From NCBI RefSeq assembly GCF_006345805.1, contig NC_043016.1:17732001-17796000 (forward strand): a stretch of 64,000 bases of DNA, given 5' to 3'. The notes under the pieces are model-generated. The model saw only the letters and a list, made by a program, of their open reading frames with translations, was not told the origin of the DNA and made no database searches. Shown in pieces: positions 26,178-39,814 of the stretch; the stretch's first letter is position 1; each line of letters opens with the position of its first letter. Source of the DNA: Octopus sinensis. Lineage: Eukaryota. A program made the translations under genes and the position numbers.

Positions 26178-26892
26178 ATATATGTATATAATTAATATAT
26201 ATGTATATACATATATATATATACAAACGTTGTATTCCAGTTCACCACTCTGCTTAAAGCTTGCTATTCGTTCATTAAATACATTCAAATGCAACGCTGG
26301 AGTTAAACTTCAGACATCAATGGAAATGTCTTTTAATTTTAAAAAATATATCGATTTAATGGAGTTTGGTTGATGTTTAACCGTTGGTTTTCCTTACCGA
26401 TGTTTTTGCTGTATTTGCCGTCGTTGTCGTCGGCGTCATCGTCCTGTTGTTGTTGTTGTTGTGAACAACAAAAGCAAAACGAAATACAGGAATTAAGTTA
26501 CGAAATATTTTCTTCAAAGACTAAAAACATGAGACAAATTAGCAGGAATCGATAACTTTGGGGACGAAAAATCTCAATACACGGCCTGTTTCCTTTTATA
26601 ATATACTTATTGCACCCACTGTTTTTCACACGCACACACACAGACACACGCAACACACACAAGCAAACACACACACACAAGCATATACATACACACACAC
26701 ACCTTGCAAATCCACTCTCCTTTATTATTCGGTTCGCGTTGATAACAGCTTTCATGTCTTAAAAATAAACGAACGAATGAAAAAAAAAATATGTAAATAA
26801 ATATCATAAATAAATAAAACAAAAAATAATGAACAAAAACCATAAACACAACAAAAAATACATAAACTGAAGCAATTTATTTTTGTTTTTGC

Positions 26893-26925
<33 letters not shown>

Positions 26926-26930
26926 CATCA

Positions 26931-26991
<61 letters not shown>

Positions 26992-26996
26992 CATCA

Positions 26997-27057
<61 letters not shown>

Positions 27058-27121
27058 CATCATTATTATTATTATTTATTATTTTATTATCATTATTATT
27101 ATTATTATTATCATATTATTA

Positions 27122-27154
<33 letters not shown>

Positions 27155-27180
27155 CATTATTATTATTATTATTATTATTA
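26893..27180. repeat. (ATT)n microsatellite
   Basis: Direct reading. Confidence 0.95.
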
Positions 27181-27399
27181 AAATGATATTTTTTGTTTCT
27201 GTTTTTTTTTTTTGTTCTCCCCTAACTATGGCTGGTAACAAAACAGCATCCGGGAGAAAAACTTGGTGACACTGTGGGAGGGAAAGTTCAGATATGAAAA
27301 TATCATGAAAAACTTTAAAAAAACAGAACTAGCATACAGTAACGACAACAGCAGCAGTGGCAGCAAACAAGAACAACAACAATAATAATAATAATAATA

Positions 27400-27601
27400 A
27401 TAAGGGTGATATAATGATGATGATGAAAGGGAGGCGGGAGGAGTAGGAGGAGTAAGCTTGTTGTGGTATTCGTGGTGGCGGCAGGTTTGGCGGTGGCGGT
27501 GGTGGTGGTGGTGGCTGTGGTGCCAGATGCTCTAGTAGTGGTGGTGGTGAAATTTATGATATTGATGATGATGATGATGATGATAATGACGACGGTGGTG
27601 G

Positions 27602-27638
<37 letters not shown>

Positions 27639-28135
27639 AATGACGACGGTGGTGGTGATGATGATGATGATGATGGTATTGATGATGTTGATGGTGATGA
27701 TGATGATTATGATGATGATGATGATGATGATGATAATGACGACGGTGGTGGTGATGATGATGATGATGATGATGATGATAATGACGACGGTGGTGGTGGT
27801 GAAGTCCGCGATGATGAGAATGATCGCGATGACGATTGTGATAATCATATTTATTCTCATCGTCGTCGTCGATATCATCATCAGCATCATCAGCATCAGC
27901 ATCTTCATCAGCAACAGCATCATTGTGATCATCATCATAATCGTCATCATCACCATCATCATCATCATCATTAAGTGCAGCAGCATCACCGTCATCATCA
28001 TCATCATAATTATCATCAGCATCGTCATCATCATCGTCATCATCATCATCATCATCATAATCATCATCGTCGTCGTCGTTACCATCATAGTCATCATCGT
28101 CCATCATCATCATCATCGCCGTCGTCGTCATCATA
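27400..28135. repeat. (GAT/GGT)n array that switches to (CAT/CGT)n at ~27835
   Basis: Direct reading. The left half contains a higher-order unit ATAATGACGACGGTGGTGGTG(ATG)n four times. Confidence 0.9.
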
Positions 28136-29198
28136 ATGAAACTAAACAGAAAAACAAATTATGATTTAATGAAAACGGATTTTTTTCTCTCCTTCTCTCT
28201 GTCTCTCTGTCTCCCTCTCTCTCTTTCACTGTATCTCTCTCACTCAATATCTCTTACTCTGTCTTTCTCTCTTTCTTTTTGCCAAAATTAAAAGAGAAAG
28301 CAAAAGTCAAACAAAAAGAAACCACTGTTGTTTTATATAATAATAAATTTGTTAATAAACAAAAGAAAAAAATGTGGAAATTAAATTTAATTTACTTTTC
28401 TTTATTTTTCTTTTTCAAGAAGATGTATTTTGGGAAGTAGAAGGAAAAAAAATAATAAATAGGAAAAGAAAGTTTCAGGAATGAAACAGCAAAAATCAGA
28501 TTAATTAAACGGATGGTGATCTTTGATTATAAAACATTGGTTTGTTGAATAAAAAATTTTTAAATAAAACAACCAAAATTTTTTTTAAATTACAAATGGC
28601 GGGTGAAAATAACAACACTCACACCAATAATAATAATGATAATAATAATAATAATGATGATAATAATAATAATAATGATGATAATAATAATAATAATGAT
28701 AATAGTAGTAGTAGTAGTAGTAGTAGTAGTAACGAAAACACCGAGGGAAGGAATAATGTGAAGGATGCCGCCATTTGATGATGTTGGTTGCGGTGGTGCT
28801 GGTGGTGGTGGTGGTGGTGGTGCTGGTGGTGGTAGTGGTGGTGGTGGTGGTGGTGGTGGTGGTGGTGGTGGTGGTGGTGGAAGTGACGGCGATGATGATA
28901 ATGATGACGACGATGGTGGTGGTGGTGGTTGTGTTGCTGCTGCTGCTGCTGTTGTCTGTGGCGGGGGTTAATGGTGGTATGATGGTGGTGATAGCGGCGG
29001 TGGTGTTGGTTACTGCTGTTGTTGGAGATGTGTATTTGCCTTCGTTTTGCCATAAAAAAGATGCAGTGAAAATATAATTTAAAATAAAATAAATGTGCTG
29101 AACACAATGTGTTAAAACAATAATTAAATGGTCAATTAAAAAAAGAACAGATTATGATTTGTTAAAACTTCAAACCCTATTCTCTCTTCCTCTCTCAG

Positions 29199-29238
<40 letters not shown>

Positions 29239-30316
29239 ACTCTATCTAATACTCTTTCCCCTCTAGGAGAGCACTCGATCATATATTCCGAAATTGTTAT
29301 TTTGTTCCACCTGGAGGCGGGCTCTTTCCCTTTGTCCCCTCATCCATGTTATGAGTTTTTATGCAAGTTTTCTGACCAAACATTTGCTATAAAATCACCC
29401 ACATTATTATTTTTGTTTTGTTTTTTCCAAGTTCACAAATAACTTCCTAGAGACTATTAAAAATTTCGTTTTAAAGTCTTCAGTGGTTTTCAAAATATCT
29501 TAGACCATCTTGTTATGTCCACCGTACCGCAAAAATGGCATCCCATTTTCCAAAGACACCATTAAATGTTTCAGCTAATAGGTTAGAGAGACTATATAAC
29601 ATGAAGCAATTCTAAGAACATGACAGAACATCTCCCTAGGTATGGAACAAATATAATCAGTTTCCTGAGGTTTAACCGGCGTCGTTCATACAAATTTTGG
29701 TTAACGGGAAAACCTGAAAGCATAACAAGGCCAATGAAATGGGAGTGTTCTTGAAAATATCAATGAATTCAATCGTTACCAAAGCAACCTTCTTTGTAAC
29801 TAGATCGATTTTGAATAAGTATTATTAATTTCAACAATAGGCGCAGGTGTGGTTGTATGTGTTGTTGCTGTTTGTTTTTCGTTGTTTTGCTTATATATAT
29901 ATATATATATATAATTTATATTATTTATATTTATATTTTATATTTATATTTATATTTATTTATATGTATTGTTCTTATGGTGTTATCTTACTCATTGATG
30001 TGTACTGTTTTATTCTGTATTATTCTGTTTGATCTGGATGTTCATAAATAATTAGTTAATAAATTATATGAATTGGTATTATCTAGTAGTTGATGATTGA
30101 TTAAAATCTATTCCTCCATTTTCTTATTTTGTATTATGAATTTGAGGTAAAACATTTTACCTTCGCCCATATATGAATTAATTGCATTGCAATTATTAGC
30201 ATTTATGTACTAGCATTTCTGGGTGCTCTACTGGCAGTATATTGGATAAATGTTATCCCATAGTGGGTCACACTCACAACCCCTATCTCACTTTATATAT
30301 ATATATATATATATAT

Positions 30317-31442
30317 GAATAAAAAATGGAGTTAAGGCAGGTTTAAACAAGTATTTTTACTTTCGACACATGTTTCGAAAATTCCACTGATACTATTCAA
30401 AAGAATAAATGGTATAAACAATGCAATCTTCTCTTCGGGAAAGTGAAAAAAACGAAACTCGTCAATACATTTTAGCAAAAAATGATGGATTTGTATAGCG
30501 ATAGACAGAACGCTATTAATATTGTTTAAAAAGACGTTATATCATATAACGTCATAAGTAGCTAACAGAAAGAGTAGGGATATTAATAGTGAATGTTAAA
30601 TATAAAGGAAATTAAAGTTTAAATTATATATAATTATAGAGACTACTTATATGCACTAATTGTATGTTTCTGCCAATGCTTACATCTGCTCGTTCTATAA
30701 CCGTGTTTACTAGAGTATTTTTAGAAAAAATAATGAAAAATAGCTCAGAATTGCAGAGAAGACAGAATGTCTTGCCTTTGTCATATGGTATCGAAATTGA
30801 GAGGATCAACCATTCTAAATGAAATTGTTCATTGTGGTCTTTTAAATCCCTAATCAGTTTGCTGAGACCGGTACTATTCCGTTTATTTCTATCCCTAAAT
30901 GTTAAGTAATGGATAGAAATTCTTTTAGATAACTCTAACGATGTGCTTCCAATGTAAAATCGTACTTTATTACGAGTACTGATTATACACTGGTATATAG
31001 AATTTTTAATCTTAGAGTTACTTGACATAAACTTAATTCTATTGGAATTGACTTCAGATACAATAACCTTGTTATTAATATTTCTAGAGGGTTGGATGGT
31101 ATTAGCTAAATTAATGTTAGTATTAGTAAATGTATTAATATTTAACAGTTTGTTATTATGAGAAAATATAATTTGCAAGAGATTTTTTGTGTTTGAAAAA
31201 CCTATCCTAACCTTATGTGAATTAATATAGACTAATATCTAGAATTGTTTGGAAAATTCCTAGCAATATCTTGACGAAACAGCAGTGGGAGATTAGATTT
31301 AATTTGTCTCCCGTAAGGAATTATTAACCAAATATTTTTACTAGTATTCATAACGTAATTACTTTTGAAGGTGTTATATTTACTTTTAGATCGATAATAG
31401 GGGATTAAATAAGGGTTATCTGCCTTCATTCGCTTTGTATCG

Positions 31443-31445
<3 letters not shown>
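30317..31445 (-). mobile_element. Penelope-like element 3' part (RT-EN linker, GIY-YIG endonuclease, 3' region with hammerhead)
   Basis: ORF 30624-31178 contains SIYQC...FYIGST...R..IH..TF..STGLSK...CLLCNSE. ORF 31232-31429 is a linker (IWLIIPY...NFP). Homologous to ORF 58517-58993. Confidence 0.85.
30359..30444 (-). ncRNA. Type I hammerhead ribozyme-like motif downstream of a PLE, core variant CCGAAGA
   Basis: Minus strand ACTTTC-CCGAAGA-GAAGATT...AATTTTC-GAAA-CATGTG-TC-GAAAGT. Confidence 0.7.
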
Positions 31446-31486
<41 letters not shown>

Positions 31487-31590
31487 TAATGAGGGAGATA
31501 AATTAATATTAATTTTAATATCAATTTAAAACCAGTAGTCCAGCATACAAAAATCTGAGGAGTCAGAGAAAATTCTAATATATGTGTATA

Positions 31591-32024
31591 TTGGCAGGGC
31601 TTACTGCTAGGGAGTCGGCCATAGGCACGAACCGCAGTGAATTATTTACTGCAGCCCTTCGCCTCAGAAATTTATTAGCGCGCCAGAGCCAAGACATTTG
31701 AAATTTTATCACTAGTGTAATCGGTAAAGCTACACACGTGTCTGTACCGGCACGAAAGCTGGGGTTAGCTTTTCCGTTTACATTACTATGAACGGATGCA
31801 CTGAAGAAGCACGGACATTTGGATTGCATAAGTAATTCTCTTGTTAAGGCTGAAACCGAGGTATGCATTTAATTCTGTTTTTTATATAAATTTTCATCTG
31901 TCATGCCCGCCAAAATTGGTTCTGGTGTTCGCTGTATTTTTCCTCTAGAGAATTTCCTTGTAGTTTGACCGTTGATGGTCTATTTCTAGCATATGGCCGA
32001 CTCCCTAGCAGTAAGCCCTGCCAA
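31591..32024. mobile_element. MITE with perfect 33-bp TIRs, superfamily unassigned
   Basis: TTGGCAGGGCTTACTGCTAGGGAGTCGGCCATA at 31591-31623 and its exact reverse complement at 31992-32024, flanked by TA. Confidence 0.85.
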
Positions 32025-32273
32025 TATATACATATATATACATATATATACATATATATATACATATATATATATACATATATATACATATATATACATA
32101 TATATATATATAGTTTGTATGGTTAGTCGTAGCCAACTAATATAAATTACTTGCAATATAGAATATAAGCAATTTTTTTTCTCAAAGTCCTGGACCCAAA
32201 ACTAAACTGTCTCTTGCCTATTCAAAGATACAAGCTCGCTACTTAACAGCTTACAATATATACAACGCTTTAA

Positions 32274-32450
32274 GGCGGCGAAATGGCAGAATCGTTAATG
32301 CGCCAAGTGAAATGCTTGTCGGCATTTTGTCACCTTGGCCTTTCATCCTTTCGGGATCGATAAAATGAGTACCAGCTGAGCTCTAGAGCCGATCTAATCG
32401 ATTTACATCCTCCTCCAAAACCGCTGGCCTTGGGCAAAATTTGAAATTAA
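32274..32450 (+). mobile_element. SINE family A, internally deleted
   Basis: GGCGGCGAAATGGCAGAATCGTTA...CTTTCATCCTTTCGGGATCGAT. Confidence 0.75.
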
Positions 32451-33739
32451 TATATGCAAGCTTTGGGACAGTTGTAATCCAAAATCTCGAGCATATTTGT
32501 TTGGCTTTAGAAGCAGGATTTTGAGTTTGACTAACCCAGCTACCAACACAATTGTCACTATAGAATCTGGCCGTAATTATATCCAACTAAAGACTAAGTG
32601 AAGGCTTCGTGATCAGGCTGTTGCAATCACGATCTTGGGGCTGCGGGTTTCATTACAGGTTTGAGCAGCACTTTACATTTTGGGGCAACATACTTCCTTT
32701 TATGCTGCTCAGAATAAGCCACCTAAAATTGAGTTACAGCTGGAGCAGAGCAACGCTCTCATAAACTAATTGGCCAAAATCTTGCGAATGTAAGACAGTT
32801 TTTGATGACCTTTGGATATTGTATCATGAATGGCACTATAAACATAATTCAATTAAACAAAGAATTCTCTCGAAAAATACGAGAGCGAAAATTGTGCGAA
32901 ATATGATATTCGTCAAAATAAAAATAAATCTGTAAAAACTATTTCACTCACTAGGCAGACATATTATCAGAGATGTTGAGAGGTGCAGTAAGAGGTAGTT
33001 TCGGCATGGTTGTTGTGCGGTCATTCGCTATAGAAATGATGATGATGATGGTGGTGGTGGTGGTGGTGGTGGCGGCGGCGGCGGCGGTGGTGGTGGTGGC
33101 GGCGGAGGCGGCGGCGGTGGTGCTGGTGGTGGTGGTGGCGGTGGAGACGGTGGCGTTGGCGGCCACGGTGACGGCGGTGTTGGCGGCGGCGGTGGTAGTG
33201 GTGGTAATGATAACGGTGATGATGATGGTTCTTTATACAAAATAATATTATTGTTGCCGTCGTTGCTGTTGTACAATGGTTGAGGCGCAGGCCAGATAGC
33301 TATGGTAGTTCAAATCTACCGAAGTTAACTTTCCCTTTCACCTTTCCAGGGACGATGAAATAAACACCAAATCAACCATGCATTCGGTTAATATAATCAA
33401 CGAACTCCTCCCGCTAAATTCTTCGGCCATCTTAAAAACAATTATTGTTATTGTTTGTGTATCCGATTTTCCCTGATCATAAACATCGCTCTTCCTTCTT
33501 AAGTTTGTACCTAATTATAGTAATTTCTCGGAAAAGAAAAATGAAATTAGTTTTTAATATTTTTGATAGATTTGGGTGAAAAGTAAGGCTTGAAAACCCT
33601 TAATATCTCTTAAAATCAAGAAAGCTATTTACCTCCATCTTGTCCACTCAATTGTCAAATGTTTTATCAAAGATGTTGGGAGGAGCGTAAGAAGAAGTAC
33701 TGGCACCCATATTCTAGCAGTCGGCCGTTTGCCTTCAAT

Positions 33740-33966
33740 CTTTACTACCCACAAGGGGCTAAACATAGAGAGAACAAACAAGGACAGACAAACGGGTTAA
33801 GTCGATTATATCGACCCCAGTGCGTAACTGTGCGTAATTTATCGACCCCGAAAGGATGAAAGGCAAAGTCGACCTCGGCGGAATTTGAACTCAGAACGTA
33901 GCGGCAGACGAAATACGGCTACGCAATTCGCTCAGCGTGCTAACGTTTCTGCCAGCTCGCCGCCTT
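33740..33966 (-). mobile_element. SINE family A
   Basis: Full reverse-complement match to family A. Confidence 0.85.
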
Positions 33967-34295
33967 TGAAGGTAGAAACCAACTGCTTTCAAAAGGAATC
34001 CATATCGTGGCCATCACAATTGTGAAACACTACCACAGCATCATCCTCGTATATGTCCATGCTAAGGTTGTAGAATTTCGAATTTATACGGTCTAATACG
34101 TATAAACCAATTAAATCGCATATATCTGCGCTATCATATTAACCCTTTGGGACATCCAATAGCTCACTTTGGGTTTCCTTTTTTTGTTTTTTTATCCAAG
34201 TATGTGCACGTTTGTTTTTGATTTTTCTTTTTACCTAGTTTTCCGTCTGAATTTCTAGTTTTGTTTCATACTAGCACTGACTTTTTTTTTTGGTC

Positions 34296-34417
34296 CACAT
34301 ATGGTTGTGATGCATGTGCCCGGTGTACCCTTATCAGACGGGTAGTCATGATGGGTATACTAGGCTTCGTATATCTGTACCTCATTGTCACTTCGATGAC
34401 ATGTGCTACGTTCTCAC

Positions 34418-34478
<61 letters not shown>

Positions 34479-35722
34479 GCCCTGATGCAGTACCAGGCAG
34501 TGGCTCTCATGGCTTCTGATCTTAACTGATTGGAAGTGTTATCATGTACATTGTCTTGTCTTGGTATAAAAGATGGGCTACAGCAAATATTCTGCTCAAT
34601 ACCACAGATTTGCTTGTCAGTTGTTTGACCATAACCAGTTGAGCATGTCCCTTAGTGGCTGACGATATGTGCATCTCTGATCACGAGCAGAAGTAGTGGG
34701 GGAGCAATGCCCTGATGCAGTACCAGGCAGTGGCTCTCATGGCTTCTGATCTTAACTGATTGGAAGTGTTATCATGTACATTGTTTTGTCTTGGTATAAA
34801 AGATGGGCTACAGCAAATATTCTGCTCAATACCACAGATTTGCTTGTCAGTTGTTTGACCATAACCAGTTGAGCATGTCCCTTAGTGGCTGACGATATGT
34901 GCATCTCTGATCACGAGCAGAAGTAGTGGGGGAGCAATGCCCTGATGCAGCACCAGGCAGTGGCTCTCATGGCTTCTGATCTTAACTGATTGGAAGTGTT
35001 ATCATGTACATTGTTTTATCTTGGTATAAAAGATGGGCTACAGCAAATATTCTGCTCAATACCACAGATTTGCTTGTCAGTTGTTTGACCATAACCAGTT
35101 GAGCATGTCCCTTAGTGGCTGACGATATGTGCATCTCTGATCACGAGCAGAAGTAGTGGGGGAGCAATGCCCTGATGCAGTACCAGGCAGTGGCTCTCAT
35201 GGCTTCTGATCTTAACTGATTGGAAGTGTTATCATGTACATTGTTTTGTCTTGGTATAAAAGATGGGCTACAGCAAATATTCTGCTCAATACCACAGATT
35301 TGCTTGTCAGTTGTTTGACCATAACCAGTTGAGCATGTCCCTTAGTGGCTGACGATATGTGCATCTCTGATCACGAGCAGAAGTAGTGGGGGAGCATCAT
35401 AGCCATGTGTTGAGAGGGATTCTTTGGGGTTTGAATAGTTCACCTCTGGAAACATGGGTGGTTCTTTCAACATCCTTAAACAACCCTTATTCAGGGACCG
35501 TTTGAGCGGGATGGGCTACTCAACCTGAAGAAAATTCTAACTGGGCCCCACTTGCAAGGTCATGTGCTGTTTATCTTGATATGAGATCACCATGTCGCGC
35601 ACATATGGTTGTGATGCATGTGCCTGGTGTACCTTTATCAGACGGGTAGTCATGATGGGTATATTGGGCTTCGTATATTTTACCCCAGTGTCACTTTGAT
35701 GGCATGAACTGCTCTCTCACTC
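34296..35722. mobile_element. (AAT)n-flanked non-coding interspersed element(s): a partial copy at 34296-34420 and a longer copy ending at 35722
   Basis: CACATATGGTTGTGATGCATGTGCC...ATCAGACGGGTAGTCATGATGGGTATA occurs at ~34296 and ~35600, each ending in (AAT)n. Confidence 0.65.
34476..35395. repeat. Tandem repeat, 4 x 230 bp, near-identical units
   Basis: AATGCCCTGATGCAG starts at 34476, 34706, 34936 and 35166. Units differ at only a few single bases. Confidence 0.97.
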
Positions 35723-35794
35723 AATAATAATAATAATAATAATAACAACAACAACAACAACAACAACAACAAAAACAACAACAACAACAACAAC

Positions 35795-35836
<42 letters not shown>

Positions 35837-36520
35837 AATAAATAACACAAAATTAGGTGCGTTAAATATTTTTCTTTTTCCTACCTCAACATATTTTACC
35901 AAAATTTGTAGGATTATTTCTTTTTTGGCGCAGTTGTTAATTTTTTTTGTTTGTTTTTGTTTTAATTTACTTTTTGTGTTGTTTTTGTTTAGGAGTTATT
36001 TGCTTTTGTTTTGTTTTTATTTATTTCAATGTGTGTGTGTGTGTGTTTCTAATCTACCATTTTATTTATTTTTTTGTTTTTGGTTTTTCCTGGTGATGCT
36101 GATTTAGTCACTTCCCACACTTGGCTCCGGCTGTCACTGAAGCAAAACCTTTCACCATTCTTCAACGACCTCTCTCAACTTGTCACAACTGGCATTCGAG
36201 TTTCTGATTGATATTCTAACACTCATAACACGCTTGACTGGTTCTTGCCGTTTCACTCCTTCATCAGTTTCTCTTTCCTTCCTTACCCCGCATTCTTTCT
36301 TTCATTCTCTCGTTCTCACCCTCTTTCTTACTCTGCCCTTTCCTCTTCCTATCAATCTCCCTCGGACACCCTCCTCACATATTTCTACCTCTCTCTCTCT
36401 TCCTCACTAATTCCTTCTTTTCTCCCTTTCTTTTTTATTCGTTCTTTTCTCCCTTTCTATCATACAATATTCATTTTCCGTTTATTTTCCTTCTCTCACA
36501 CACTCATACACGCATACAAT

Positions 36521-36556
<36 letters not shown>

Positions 36557-37309
36557 ATTGCATATATAATAGACTCATATTCATTACATACAGAATTTCA
36601 CACTATTTCTTTGACTATATTCTCTAAATTCATTCTGTGAAAATAATGGCAGCTTTCTGCAAGGCGTTCAAGACGATCATTCTCAAACAATAACGAAATA
36701 CCACTTTATACGAACGATATCTTCCAGTGACAGTTCCGACTGGCAGAGGCTAGGTCATTTTTCACCTCTATCACCGTTTGACCCCGAACAGCTCCGCTTT
36801 GGAAACAAAGTTTTTAATACTTTCCTTTCGTCACCGAATTTTTATATGTCAAGACAACACACGCAAACACACATATGGTTTTATTTTTGTTTTGTTTTTT
36901 TCCCTTTGCTTTGTTTTCCTATGCGATGTTTGTGTATATGTGAGTTTCAATGTGGATGTATACTTTATTGTTTCTTTTTTTCTTTTCACCTTTACATATA
37001 TATTGTGTGTGTGTGTGTGCGTGCGCGAGGAGTGTGATTATGGGTTGTAGTCTTGTTAGCTTTGGTCGTTGACTATTTACAAGTTTTCTTAAGAATCAAC
37101 ATCCTTAAAAGTCTTTTCTTCAACTGATTCCTAAGTTCTTTGTACTGCAAAAAATATTAACCACAACTAATTTATAGACAAAGAAACAATTTTAAGAGGG
37201 TGTGGGGCCAATCGGTAGCATTGATCCCACTACTTGACTGGTACCCTATTCTAGTGACCCTGGAGGGATAAAAACGAAGGTTGACCACAGCAGAATTTAA
37301 GCTGTGAAC

Positions 37310-37474
37310 ATAGGCTGTGTGGTAAGGATTGCTTCCCAACCGCATGGTTCCGGGTTCAGTCCCACTGCGTGACACCTTGGGCAAGTGTCTTCTAATATAG
37401 ACTCGGGGTGACCAAAGCCTTCTTTGTGGATTTGGTAGACGGAAACTGAAGGAAGCCCATCGTGTATATATATG

Positions 37475-37518
<44 letters not shown>

Positions 37519-37523
37519 ACATA

Positions 37524-37588
<65 letters not shown>

Positions 37589-37680
37589 GAGAGATACAAA
37601 TATTTGTGTCTGTGTTTGTCCCTCCACCATCGTTTGCCAACTGATGTTGGTATGTTTACATCCCCGTAACTTAGCGTTTC
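37310..37680 (+). mobile_element. SINE family B, 3'-truncated
   Basis: GGCTGTGTGGTAAG...GGTTCCGGGTTCAGTCCCACTGCGTG...TGTTTGTCCC. Confidence 0.8.
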
Positions 37681-38109
37681 GTCACTCAATAGTAATAATT
37701 TTTTATTAGCCACAAAAAATTTACGATGACTCAAAGACAAAAGACAATGGAAATGTGAAATAAGCACGACGCGTAAAATATATTAAAAACAATGGCAATA
37801 AGAAAATTATAAGAAAATTCTTCAAAAGAGAGTAAAAACATTAAACATTAAACCAAGGAATACAAACGATCACGAACCACTCTACTTATTGGGAATACCA
37901 TAGCAAGTGCTCCTCTCTCCTCCATATTCCTCAGTGGACAGGTACCAGCTTAGTCAGAGCCTCGCCACACCCACGTACTTTTCAACAATTTCAATGGGGT
38001 GGGAGCAGCACATCCCTCTCAACTCTCGCCAACGTTTTCAAATAAACTTTTTTAAATCTATGTGCATGTATGTGTGTGTATGTGTGAGTGTGTGTATGAA
38101 TGGGACTGA

Positions 38110-38448
38110 CTGAGACCCCCTTCAGTCACGACACAGACCATGGGATTGCACATAGAAAGTTACCTTCCCAGATACAAGTTCGGGCAAGGTTGTTTATGGA
38201 AAACCAGCAGTCACCCATGCATACCGGCCCACCCTCTCCACGCCACCAATGTTATCCAAGGGAAAGGCAACAGCAGATACAGCTTGGCATCAGTGACGTG
38301 GCAACTCATTTCTACAGCGGAGTGAACTGGAGCAACGCGAAATAAAGTGTCTTGCTCAAGAACACAACACGCAGCCTGGTCCGAGATTCGAGCTCACAAC
38401 CTCACGATCGTAAGCTCGACGCTCTAACTCCTGAGCCATGCGCCTTCA
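38110..38448 (-). mobile_element. tRNA-derived SINE, family C
   Basis: Reverse complement of the family C head and body (AAATAAAGTGTCTTGCTCAAGAACAC). Confidence 0.85.
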
Positions 38449-38774
38449 TTTGTATGAATGTAAGTATGTATGAATGTACATATGTATGTTTATATATATT
38501 GTATATATCATATATATTATGTGTATAATTATGTGTATAAGTGTTTGTGTGTGCAAATACACACACACATATATATGTGTGCATGTGTGTGTGGTAAGAA
38601 ATGGAGAACGTTTAGCATTTTGAATCCCTGGTTGTCTTAAGTTTTGATACCTGTTTCTATTAGCAATCAAACGCTGTTGTTTCTCTTCTTCAGACATATT
38701 TCTTCTTGCAACGATATCGCGAAATTTATCAGCAACCAAATGCTTTTGTCTCTATTCTTCAGACTCATTTCTCT

Positions 38775-39143
38775 TTACTTACTTACTTGTACTTGTGGCG
38801 ACATTCACCCTGGGGCGGGTTGAGTCGGCTTTTTCTACTTATGGAAGAAGTTTCGTGGGAATATGTGGATTTCACAAGCGATCCCCAACAATCCCGCATG
38901 TGGAGACATCCTGTTTGCCGCAGATTGTCCGTAGACGCAGGGACAGAAACGACCGAGGAGCCGCCAGATGCCGAAGCAGACACTCTGAGGATTTTCACCA
39001 GAGCCCCGTCCGCCGGGTTGTGGCCCTAATACCACTCGGTGTCAGACCAATCCGCCTTGGGTGGCCCTACCAGGAACCGAAGTTCCCGACGGCATAGTCC
39101 TGACACTACCCGTTGCCAGCGTCCCCACCACGGTGAGGAGGGG
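38775..39143 (-). mobile_element. Short non-autonomous RTE-derived (bipartite) retroelement
   Basis: GC-rich ~370 bp. The 5' part CTATGCCGTCGGGA...TCCTGGTAGGGCCACCC resembles RTE 5' UTRs. The 3' end is GGGTGAATGTCGCCACAAGTAC(AAGT)n. Confidence 0.6.
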
Positions 39144-39814
39144 ATGGACTTTGCAACTATATGGCGAAGAACATCTTGCTCCTGTCTTCTTGACGCCAAC
39201 CAAAGATTTCATTTTGAAGACACCGTTTGCCTCTGTCTTTGTCTAGAAACTCGTACATCACAGTTTTCGGATTGACGACGAACTTTCATCCTTTGTGCAT
39301 GTGGAGTATTTGCATAAGTGGACTTCCTGTTCCGTAGCATAATGGGAATCTGAAGGAAAATTAATGAAAAGAAAATGTTTAAAAAAAATGAAGACATTCA
39401 CTAACACTTTTTCTTGCCTGAATTTTAGTGATGTTTTGCCATAGATAAAAGATGTAAATTTGCAGAATTCTTTCTATAAAAGAGAGGTAATTTTGTTTTA
39501 CGTTTAATTCATAGAAAAAAAAATCCCGTGCGAATAGAGGTTCAAATACTCAAATTATAGACTTCCAAAATTTGCAATATAAGGGGTTTAGCTCCCATTA
39601 GGGCGTCTTAATATTATTGAAATTTTCTGTTATTTCAGGAATAAATATCATTCCTGTTCATTTACCTATGGTTTAAATTTTCTTTAAATAAATGGAAAAA
39701 AGTTTTCAGCGGGGAGCCTGTGTCCCACTCACCCACCGCTTGGGGACTCCTTTGATCAAAATGAAATATACCTATTCAAGTAACCTAGGTAATTTAGAAT
39801 ATATATATATATAT

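Noticed and set aside
27315-29107. Poly-His, poly-Met, poly-Gly and poly-Asp ORFs (also at 15768-16312 and 32951-33276)
   Set aside because: Trinucleotide microsatellites without flanking domain sequence or credible splice context.
34476-35395. Possible CRISPR-like array
   Set aside because: The units are 230-bp near-identical tandem copies with no unique spacers, in a eukaryotic context.
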